A DNA stretch of 62,412 nt, counting the filler, from Chiloscyllium plagiosum (Eukaryota): NCBI RefSeq assembly GCF_004010195.1. It is 3 parts of one record of this genome, joined end to end, with 100 filler letters (N's around TTAATTAATTAA, not from the genome) between each part and the next. Parts side by side here need not be neighbours in the genome. Positions count along the whole stretch, not along the records: positions 27,152 to 58,137 come from NC_057711.1; positions 58,238 to 62,412 come from NC_057711.1; 1 more part is not named here. One strand, 5' to 3'. The notes beneath the pieces were generated by a model. That model saw only the letters and a list, made by a program, of their open reading frames with translations, made no database searches and was not told where the DNA came from. Shown here piece after piece: positions 50,277 through 60,479 of the stretch. A program made the position numbers and the translations under genes. Each line of letters starts with the position of its first letter. Within the stretch, counting starts at the first letter, position 1.

Positions 50277-50995
50277 TGTCTTCCTGCTCTCCCTGACTGA
50301 GACCTTTTCTTACAGGACAAGCATAAGAACTGTAACCACTTAATGAATAAAAGAGAAACTTCAGTGATGTGGATAGATTGAAGATGTTGGGACTGTTCCC
50401 CTTGGAGAGAAGGAGGCCGAGAGGAGATTTGATAGAGGTTTTCAAAATCGTGACCAGGCTGAACAGAGTAGATTGGCAGAAGCAGTTCCTGCCTGTAAAA
50501 GGAACAGGAACAAGAGGGCATAGAGTTAAAGTGTGGTACAAATGAGGCAATGATAATGTAAGAACAAGACCTTTTCACTCAGTGAGTAATTAGGGTCTGG
50601 AATGCACTGCCTGGAAATGTGGTGGGGGCAGGTTCAACTGAGGCATTCAAGAGGGGCATTGGATGGTTATTTGGATAGAAATTATGTGCAGGGACATGGG
50701 GTAAAGGCAGGAGATTGACACGAGGGGATAGAACCGATGTAGGCACAAAGGGCTCAATGGCCTCTTTCCACACTGTAACAGCTCTGTGATTCTTGGTCTG
50801 TTTGAACACAGCTTGGGTAGGGTGACTGATCTCTGAGTCAAAGGCATTTTACAACTTTTAGAAAAGTCCCTTTTTCTGATTAAGCTGATAGTCTTGGTGC
50901 CAAGAAATGAATTGTGTAATAAAGCGTGAAAACTCCATACACTGTGTAACAGTTCAAAGGATAATCGCAGTGTTGCTCTTTTCACTGCACTGTAT

Positions 50996-51273
50996 TGACA
51001 CACAAGCACGCGCATGCACACACACAGACACAAACACACAGACACACACACAGATACACAAATGCGCACACACACATAGACACACACACAGACACACACA
51101 AATGCACACACACAGACACGCACACACATAGACACACAGACACACACACAGACACATAAACGCGCACACACACAGACACACACAAACGCGCGCACACACA
51201 GACACACTGACACACACACAGATACACACAGACATGCACACACAGAGACACACACAGATGTGCACACACACAA
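50996..51273. repeat. Degenerate (CA)n microsatellite; similar tract at 26903-27051
   Basis: Direct reading. Confidence 0.95.
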
Positions 51274-51569
51274 ACAATTTGTACACTGGATCTTGTCTCA
51301 GGCCCTGCAGGAGAACCCTTGGGCGAATGGAGCACCACACTTAGACGCCAAGTGCAGAGTTCTACAGGACTAAACTTATCAACTGGTCCATGCCGTGCCT
51401 GTCGTATGAATGCTGAGCATTTCACTGAGTCACCAGTGTGGAGGGCTATCTGTGTGCCATGTTCGGGGGGGATCGGACCCAATTAGTAACCCTACAGGAT
51501 CTGTAATCTAGAGACCTAAAACATGAGGTAATGTTGGAGTTTATTGAATTAATAAATAAGGCTTGTTAT

Positions 51570-51950
51570 TACCATTCTTCAATGGGATGTAGGCAAGGCC
51601 AGAATTTATTGCCCATCCCTAACTGATCTTGAATGGGGTGTCTTTGCTGAGCCATTCCAGAGAGCAGTTAAGAGTGAGTCTCATCAATGTGGGTCTGGAG
51701 ACACATGTAGGCCAGACTGGGTAAGGACGGCAGATTTCCCCCCTCTAAAGGGCATTAGTGAACCAGATGGGATTTTACAGCTATAGATGACACTTCTGTA
51801 ATCATATTGACTGAGACTGGTTTCAGTTCCAAATTCATTTATTGAATTGAAATTCCACCACCAAACATGGATGGATTTAAACCTATTGCTCCCAAATTTT
51901 CACTTGGGCCAATAAAGTTCCAATCAAATAACACTACTTCTGTGCCACCA
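51570..51950. mobile_element. Old SINE-like interspersed repeat; related copies ~750-1050, 7965-8120, 15685-15930, 19840-20040, 29960-30230, 30565-30860
   Basis: Shared core gggtctggagtcacatgtaggccagac..ggtaagga.ggcagatttcc..ggacattagtgaacc. Confidence 0.75.
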
Positions 51951-52227
51951 TCTTCTCCATAAATCTAAAAACTTTATTAAACTACTCAAGTGTTGTAAAT
52001 GGATATGAGACTGTACAATGCTTCAAGGTTTATACAACAGATAAAGGGAACTGCAATGGATAAGGGTCTTTACAATAGATATGGATTATTACAATGGATA
52101 AGATTCTGTACAGGTATGATAAGGGCCTTTACAATAATTCAAGGTGTGTGTACAACAGATAAAGGTCTTTTCAGCAAGTGCTGGGATCACTATAGGAAAG
52201 ACAGGGTTAATGAGGTTATTTAGGTTT

Positions 52228-53365
52228 AGAATCATAGAGATGTACAGTAGGGAAACAGACCCTTCGGTCCAACTCATCCATGCCAACCAGATATCCTAAA
52301 TTAATCTAGTCCTATTTTCCAGCACTTGGCCCATATCCCTTCAAACCCTTCCTATTCATATACCATCCAGATGCCTTTTAAATATTGTAATGGTACCAGC
52401 CTTCACTACATCCTCTGGCAGCTCATTCCATACACACACCACCCTTTGTATAAAGATGTTGTCCTTAGGTTCCTTTTAAATCTTTCCCCTCTCACCCGAA
52501 ACCGATTCTCTCTAGTTCTAGATTCCCCAACCCAGGGAAAATACCTTGTTGACTTACCCTATCCATGCCCCTCATGATTTTATAAACATCCATAAGGACA
52601 CCCCTCAGTCTCCGACGCGTTAGGGAAAACAGCCTATTCAACTTCTCTCGATAGCTCAAATCCTCCAACTCTGGCAACATCTTTAGAAATCTTTTCTGAA
52701 CCCTTTCAAGTTTCACAACACGATTCCAATAACAGGGAGACCAAAATTGCACGCAATATTTAAAAAGTAGCCTCACCAACATCCTGTATCGTGATAACAT
52801 GTCCTCCCAACTCTGAGACTTAATGCTCTGACCAATAAAGGAAAGCACACCAGATACCTTCTTTACTATCCTGTCTACCTGTCACTTTCAAGGAACTATG
52901 AACCTGCACTCCAAGGTCTCTTTGTTCAGCAACACTCCCCTGGTCCTTGCCATTAAGTGTATAAGCCCTGTCCTGATTTGCCTGTCCAAAAGCAGCACCC
53001 CACAGTTATGTGCATTAAGCTCCAACTGCCTCTCCTCAGTCAACTGGCTTATCTGATCAAGATCCCGTTCTACTCTGAGGTAACCTTCTTCGCTGTAAAA
53101 TCCCATCTGGTTCAAAATTGACAAACAATTTTGGTGTCATATGCAAATTTACTGACTATACCTCCTATGTTCACATCCAAATTCTTTATATAAATGTCAA
53201 AAATGCCAATCCTTGTGGCAAACTGCTGGTCACAGTACTCCAGTCTGAAAAGCAACCCTCCACCATCACCTTCTGTTTTGTATCTTTGAGCCAAGTTTTG
53301 TATCCAAATGGCTTGTTCTCCCTGTTTTCCATGTGATCTAATCTTGGTAACCAGACTGCCATAAG
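52228..53365 (-). mobile_element. CR1 RT/3' fragment
   Basis: YCVQFWSP, SKFAYDTKI motifs; family tail at 52228. Confidence 0.9.
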
Positions 53366-53769
53366 AAATGTACAAAGTTAAAAATCACACAACACCAGGT
53401 TATAGTCCAACATTAAATTGAGGGGTGATAGATATAGGACATATGTCAGAGGTAGCTTCTTTACTCAGAGAGTAGTAGGGGCATGGAACAACCTGCCTGC
53501 AGCAGTAGTAGACTCACCAACTTTAAGGACACTTAAGTAATCATTGGATAAACCTATGGATGAAAATGGAACAGTGTAGGATTGATGGTCTTCAGGTTGG
53601 TTCTAAAGGTCAGTGCAACATTGAGGGCCGAAGGGCATGTACAATGCTGTAATGTTCTATGTTCTACGTTTCTCATCATGATTTGAAGATGCAAGTGTTG
53701 GACTGGGGTGTACAAAGTTAAAAATCACACAACACCAGGTTATAGCCCAACAGGTTTAATTGGAAGCAC

Positions 53770-53798
53770 TAGCTTTCGGAGCACTGCTCCTTCATCAG
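53770..53798 (-). ncRNA. Minimal type I hammerhead ribozyme motif, intact core (family B)
   Basis: CUGAUGA-A-GGAGC(AGU)GCUCC-GAAA-GC-UA; palindromic AGCU in place of stem III. Confidence 0.7.
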
Positions 53799-53914
53799 GT
53801 AGCTCCGAAAGCTAGTGCTTCCAATTAAACCTGTTGGGCTATAACCTGGTGTTGTGTGATTTTTAACTTTGTACACCCCAGTCCGACACTTGCATCTTCA
53901 AATCATGATGAGAA

Positions 53915-56190
53915 ACGTAGAACATAGAACATTACAGCATTGTACATGCCCTTCGGCCCTCAATGTTGCACTGACCTTTAGAACCAACCTGAAGACCATC
54001 AATCCTACACTGTTCCATTTTCATCCATAGGTTTATCCAATGATTACTTAAGTGTCCTTAAAGTTGGTGAGTCTACTACTGCTGCAGGCAGGTTGTTCCA
54101 TGCCCCTACTACTCTCTGAGTAAAGAAGCTACCTCTGACATCTGTCCTATATCTATCACCCCTCAATTTAAAGCTATGTCCCTGTGCTAGCTATCACCAT
54201 CCTTGGAAAAAGGCTCTCCCTGTCCACCCTATCTAAACTTTTGCTTATCTTACGTGTCTCAATCAAGTCACTTCTCAACCTTCTTCTCTCTAATGAAAAC
54301 AGTCTCAAGTCCCTCAGCCTTTCCTCATAAGACCTTCCCTCCATACCAGGCAGCATCCTAGTAAATCTCCTCTGAACCCTTTCCAAAGCTTCCACATCCT
54401 TCCTATAATGTGGTGACCAGAACTGTATAGTGGACCGCACCAGAGTTTTATATAGTTGCAGCATGACCTTATGGCTCCGAAACTCAATCCCTCTACCAAT
54501 AAAAATTAACACACCTTATGCATTCGTAACAACTCTATCAACGTGGGTGGCAACTTTCAGGGATCTATGTACATGGACACCGAGATCTCTCTGCTCATCT
54601 ACACTACCAAGAATCTTACTATTACCCAGTACTCTGCATTCCTGTTGCACCTTCCAAAATGAATCACCTCACACTTTTCCATATTAAACTCCATTTGCCA
54701 CCTCTCAGCCCAGCTCTGCAACTTATCAGTGTTCCTCTGTAATCTGCAACATCCTTCAGCACTATTCACAACTCCACTGAATTTAGTGTCATCTGCAAAT
54801 TTACAAACACATCCATCTGTGCCCTCATCCAGGTCGTTTATAATAATGAAAAACAGAAGTGGCCCCTAAACAGATCCTTGTGGTACACCACTATTAACTG
54901 AACTCCAGGATGAACATTTCCCATCAACCACCATCCTCTGTCTTCTTTCAGCCAGCCAATTTCTGATCCAAACTGCAAAATCACCCTCAATCCCAGGCCT
55001 CAGTATTTTCTGCAATAGCCTACCATGGGGAACTTTATTGAATCAAATGCCTTACTGAAATCCATATATACCACATCAAGTGCTTTACCCTCATCCACCT
55101 GTTTGATCACCTTCTCAAAGAACTCAATAAGGTTTGTGAGGCACGACCTACCCTTCACAAAACCGTGTTGGCTATCCCAAAACAACTTCGATGATTACAA
55201 ATCCTATCTCTTATAACCTTTTCCAACACTTTATCCACAACCGAAGTAAGGCTCACTGGCCTATAATTACCAGGGTTGTCTCTACTCCCCATCTTGAACA
55301 AAGGAACAACATTTGCTATCATCCAGTCTTCTGGCAATATTCCTGTAGACAATGACGACGTGAAGATAAAAACCAAAGGCTTTACCATCTCCTCCCTGGT
55401 TTCCCAGAGAATCCTGGGCTAAATCCCAGCCAGCCAGGGGACTTATTTATTTTCACACTTTTCAGAATTACGAACATCTCCTCCTTATGAACTTCAATTC
55501 TGTCCAGTCTAATAGCCTGTACCTCAGTATTCTCCTCAATAACATTGTCTTTTTCCAGTGTGAATACTGATGAAAAATATTCATTTAGCGTTTCCCTTAT
55601 CTCCTCAGACTCCAAGCACAACCTCCCACTACTGTCCTTGATTGACCCTAATCTTACTGGGGTAAAAACAATGACTGCAGATGCTGGAAACCAGATTCTG
55701 GATTAGTGGTGCTGGAAGAGCACAGCAATTCAGGCAGCATCTGAGGACAGGCAAAATCGACGTTTCGGGCAAAAGCCCTTCATCTTACTCCTGATGTACC
55801 TATAGAAAGCTTTAGGTTTTCCCTTGATCCTATCTGCCAACAACTTCTCATGTCCCCTCCTTGCTCTTCTTAGCTGTCTCTTTCGGTCTTTCCTGACTAA
55901 CTTGTAACTCTCAAGTGTCCTAACTGAGCCTTCATGTCTTATCCTAACATAAGCCGCCATCTTCCTTTTGACAAGAGATTCACTTCTTTTGTAGACTGCA
56001 GCTCCTTCGCTCGACCACCTCCTCCCTTCCTGACAGATATATACTTATCAAGGAAATGCAGTAGCTTAACCTTGTCAAACGCCTTACTGAAGTCCATGTA
56101 GATCACGTCCACTGCTCTGCCCTCATCAATCCTCTTTGTTACTTCTTCAAAAAACTGAATCAAGTTAGTGAGATATGATTTTCCACGCAC
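53915..56190 (-). mobile_element. Long CR1 ORF2 fragment, frameshifted
   Basis: [45 protein letters not shown] motifs. Confidence 0.93.
55659..55783 (-). mobile_element. Short family-A insert inside CR1
   Basis: 8-bp TSD atcttact (55651-55658, 55782-55789); nearly identical to the tail at 50153-50276. Confidence 0.8.
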
Positions 56191-57754
56191 AATAAGTATA
56201 AGGATCAACAAAGAGAAAATGGTGGATCCAAGTTAGAGGGAAACATTGAAATATATGCAGGGGATATTGTATGCTGGTTCGGTCTCCTTATCTGAGGATG
56301 GATACTCAGGCTGGAAAGTTGGAGCAACAAAGGTTTACCAGATGGATTCCTGGGATAACTGGACTCACCTGTGGGGAGAGACTGGATCGGTGAGAACTGG
56401 AGTTTGGAAAAGTGAGGGGGTGATCATATAGAAAGCTGTAAAACTTAACAGGATGAAGGCAGGGTGAACGCAAAAAGGATGTTCCTGATGACAAAAGAGT
56501 CCTGAACCAGAGTTTGCAGTCTAGGAAAACGGGGTAAGTCATTTAGGACTGAGACGAGGAAAAATCTCTTCACCCAGAGAGTGAAGAGTCTATCGGGTTC
56601 ATTACCATAGAAAGTGGCTGTACCTAAAAGATTGAATGTTTTCAAGAAAGGGTTAGATGTAGTTCATAGGGCTAAAGACATCAAAGGGCATGGGAGTAGT
56701 TAAGAACAGGGTATGATGATCAATCATGATTATATTACTTACATTAGAGCTGACTCAAAGGGCCGAATAGCCTACTGCTGCTTCTACTTTCTATGTTTCT
56801 GTTCTAGCCCACATCTGTCACTGATTACTGGTTAATTGTTCTTTTGAATTCTCTACTGGGCTCACATCCAGACCCTATGACAGAGTTACTGAAACTCTCA
56901 ATGCGATACAGTCCAGAAATGAACTGCAAATATGTTGATAAGTGTACTCATTGAAGCAATATTTACTGTTTCTTTAATCTTTATTTGCTTCTGGATTGTG
57001 GATTGATGCACATGAACATTATGTTAATCCTGGTAAATTGGCAAGAAGTGAGTTTGTACTTTCCCTTCTATTTCTGGCCCAACTTTTCCTGCAGTTTCTG
57101 AGTCTGGTGCCAAGGAGACGGACAATATCCTGGGAAAATGTGGACATGGAATTCAGACAGTCCCGTCCTCTGATCTTTCTTTGCTCTTTGTGGTCTGTTG
57201 ATAATTCTTGTGACAGTCATCCATTGACCAATTTACCAGGAGAAAGACAGGTCAGGTTGCTGCACAGTTGGAGGCCATTTGGCCTATCACGTCTGCACTG
57301 GGTCATCTGGCCCACTGATGAACCAGGCTAGAAGGAGGAAGAATATTTCAGAGCCAAGGGACATAGTTGAAGGGTATGGGGGTACACCTTTTAGGAGTGA
57401 GATAAGGAGCAATGTCTTCACCAGAGAGCGGGGAGCCTGTGGAATTCACTGCTACAGAATGTTGTTGAGGCCAAAACATTGTGTTTACACAAAAGAAGTA
57501 AATGTAGCTCTTGTGGTTAAAAGGATCAAGGGATATGGGAGGGTGGGGGAAGGAGAGTGTATGGGTTTGATGATCAGCCATGATCATATTGAATGGTGGA
57601 GTAGGCTCAAGCAGTAAAAGAGTCAGAGGATCATTCAGCCCGGAAATAGACCTTTAGTCCAACCGCTCCATGCCAACTATAATCCCAAATGAAACTAGTC
57701 CCACCTGCTTGCACTTGTCCCATGTTCCTCCAAACATTTCTTATTCATGTATGT

Positions 57755-58137
57755 GTCTGATCGTGTTTTCCGGGTCCTTAAGGGGGAGGGGGAGCAGCCC
57801 GAAGTCGTGGTCCACATTGGCACCAACGACATAGGTAGGAAGAGGGCTGAGGATGTTAGGCAGGCTTTTAGGGAGCTAGGTTGAAAGCTCAGAGTTAGAA
57901 CAAACAGAGTTGTTGTCTCTAGTTTGTTATCCGTGCCACGTGATAGAGAGTCGAGGAATAGGGAGAGAGAACAGTTAAATGCGTGGCTACAGGGATCGTA
58001 CAGGAGGGAGGGATTCCGGTATCTGGATAGCTGGGGTTCTTTCTGGGGAAGGTGGGGACCTCTATAAACAGGATGGTCTACACCTGAACCTGAGGGGCAT
58101 CAGTATCCTTGGGGGGAGGTTTGCTAGTGCTCTGGTG
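57755..58137 (+). mobile_element. CR1 ORF1 SGNH-esterase fragment
   Basis: LKGEGEQPEVVVHIGTNDIGRK and DLYKQDGLHLN motifs. Confidence 0.88.
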
Positions 58138-58236
58138 NNNNNNNNNNNNNNNNNNNNNNNNNNNNNNNNNNNNNNNNNNNNTTAATTAATTAANNNNNNN
58201 NNNNNNNNNNNNNNNNNNNNNNNNNNNNNNNNNNNN

Positions 58237-59350
58237 NGTGACTTGATAGAGGTGTACAAGATGATTAGGGGTTTAGATAGGGTTCACCATGAGAACCTTT
58301 TTCCACGTATGGAGTCAGCTATTACGAGGGGGCATAGCTTTAAATTAAGGGGTTTTAAGTATAGGACAGATGTTAGGGGTAGATTCTTTATTCAGCGAGT
58401 GGTGCGTTCATGAAATGCCCTGCCAGTAGCAGTGGTGGACTCTCCCTCTTTATGAGCATTTAAACGGGCATTGGATAGCATATGGAGGATAGTGGGCTAG
58501 TGTAGATTAGGTGGGCTTGGATCGGCGCAACATCGAGGGCTAAAGGGCCTGTACTGCGCTGTATTTTTTCTATGTTTCTAAATGTGAGGTGATTCACTTT
58601 GGGAAGAATAACAGGATGGCAGAGTACTGGGTCAATGGAAAGATTCTTGGTAGTGTGGATGTGCAGAGGAATCTTGGAGTCCAAGTAGATAGATACCTGA
58701 AAATTGCCACCCAGGTTGATAGTGCTGTTAAAAAGGTATACGGTGTGTTAGGTTTTATTGGTAGAGGGATTGAGTTCTGGAGTCGTAATGTCATGCTGCA
58801 ACTGTACAAAACGCTAGTGCGGCCTACTTGGAATATTGTGCAAAGTTTTGGTCGCCCCATTACAGGAAGGATGTGGAAACATTGGAAAAGGTGCAGAGAA
58901 GATTTACCAGGATGTCGCCTGGTCTGGAGGGAAGGACTTATGAGGAAAGGCTGCGAGACTTGGTTCTGTTCTCATTGGAAAGAAGAAGACTGAAAGGGAA
59001 CTTGATAGAGACATACAAGATGATCAGAGCATTAGATAGGGTAGATAGTGAAAGTCTTTTCCTAAGATGATGACATTAGCTTGTACAAGGGGGCATAACC
59101 ACAAATTGAGGGGTGATAGATTTAAGACAAATGTCAGAGGTTCTTTACTCAGAGTGGTAAGGGCGTGGAATGCCCTGCCTGCCAATGTAGTTAACTCAGA
59201 CACATTAGGGAAATTTAAACAATCTTTGGATAAGCAAATGGATGATGATGGGATAGTGTAGGGGGATGGGCTTAGATTAGTTCACAGGTCAGCGCAACAT
59301 CGAGGGCCGAAGACCCTGTTCTGTGCTGTATTGTTCTATGTTCTATTCTA
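58237..59350 (+). mobile_element. Two tandem CR1 3' fragments
   Basis: Two family tails (~58575 and ~59350). Confidence 0.9.
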
Positions 59351-59724
59351 TTCTTAAGACTAAAATGAATACTGTCACTCTTCTACACATTATACTTCAT
59401 CTATCAGTTTGTTGTCCATTCACTGAACCTGTCTTGAATATGAGGAAGTGGCAAATTTCTCCATCCCCAGTACTAAAATTAGTGCAGATGTACTATGAAC
59501 TTATAGGTTTGTTCGTAAAGAGATCAAAATCCATAAAAACAATTAGTCTTTTATTCTAATCATCATTAATGTGAAAAATAATTTTCGAATATTAATGCTA
59601 ATTAAAACCCTGCATAACCCTGCATAATAACAAAATAACTTTTGTTATTTAAGTGAAAGTGACAATAACAGCAAAAGATACAAGACGAATGACCATCCAG
59701 AATCAATAGAATGATAGTTCTTAC

Positions 59725-59881
59725 GACAATTGTCTGCATTCCTCCAGTGGATGATAATTCCTTGTCGACAACATGCTTGGCTATATGCAGCAATAGCATT
59801 GCAGAAGCACTGTTGGTCTTCTCCTTTGTAGCACTTGGAAGTTGTTGACTTGCAGGACTTATAATATTGTTCAACATTAAT
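59725..59881 (-). CDS. Internal exon encoding D3-type C8 domain of a VWF/otogelin/gel-forming mucin family protein: INVEQYYKSCKSTTSKCYKGEDQQCFCNAIAAYSQACCRQGIIIHWRNADNC
   Basis: Acceptor ttttttcag, donor C|GTAAGA, 157 nt, phase 0 to 1; ungapped alignment by eye to VWF V1075-C1126 (CFC..IAAY...C..QG....WR....C); CC.QG..IHWR resembles otogelin/OTOGL. Confidence 0.9.
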
Positions 59882-60479
59882 CTGAAAAAAAGTGTGGGAA
59901 CTCCAGAAGAAAGGGAATTTAGAATTTGGAAGATAGCAAAATTAATAACTCAAATCTAGCATAATTAAATCAAGATACCTAAATTAACACTTCACATTCT
60001 GTAATATACTGTTTTGACAAGAATGTATCTATATTCTACCATGTAAGACAGCCACTAATTGCTCTGCGCTAGTGTGTATGATAGACTATTTTTCTACATT
60101 ATTTTCTCGGTAGTCAACTGGACTATTCTCTAACATCTCTCTTCTGTTGACCAGCTCAGTGGGACAGAATGTGCTGTATCAACAATAACCTATCCAAATA
60201 CAGCAATTCAATTTCAAAGGAACGGGAGTACACCATTTAGTTTGTCAACCCTGCTCTGCCACTTAATACAATCACGGTTGATTAAACATTTCAATGCCTT
60301 TCAGTCACACCATCCTCATTACTTTGTACTACCGTGATCAGAAATCTATCTCTAAGCACAATCAAAGACTGAGCTTTCGTAGCCCTCTGTGGTTGAGATT
60401 TCGCAAGTTTCACAACGATCTGAGTAAAAACTCATCATAATTGTAAATGGCAACTTCCTTATTTTGAATTCTGAAATTG

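Noticed and set aside
50647..51482. Cys/Val-rich ORFs
   Set aside because: Translation of (TG)n microsatellite
51995..52200. Degenerate ~19-20 bp repeat (acaatggataagggtcttt-like)
   Set aside because: Short, highly decayed minisatellite with no further structure
57068..57129. Possible terminal exon (R)YCPSPWHQTQKLQEKLGQK-stop with AATAAA at 56980-56985, phase-compatible with the C8 exon
   Set aside because: Lies across an artificial linker, lacks the expected TIL-domain cysteine pattern, and such matches arise by chance
59602..59877. 91-aa ORF MLNNIISPASQQ
   Set aside because: Wrong frame of the C8 exon; the splice-bounded Cys-rich frame is the real one
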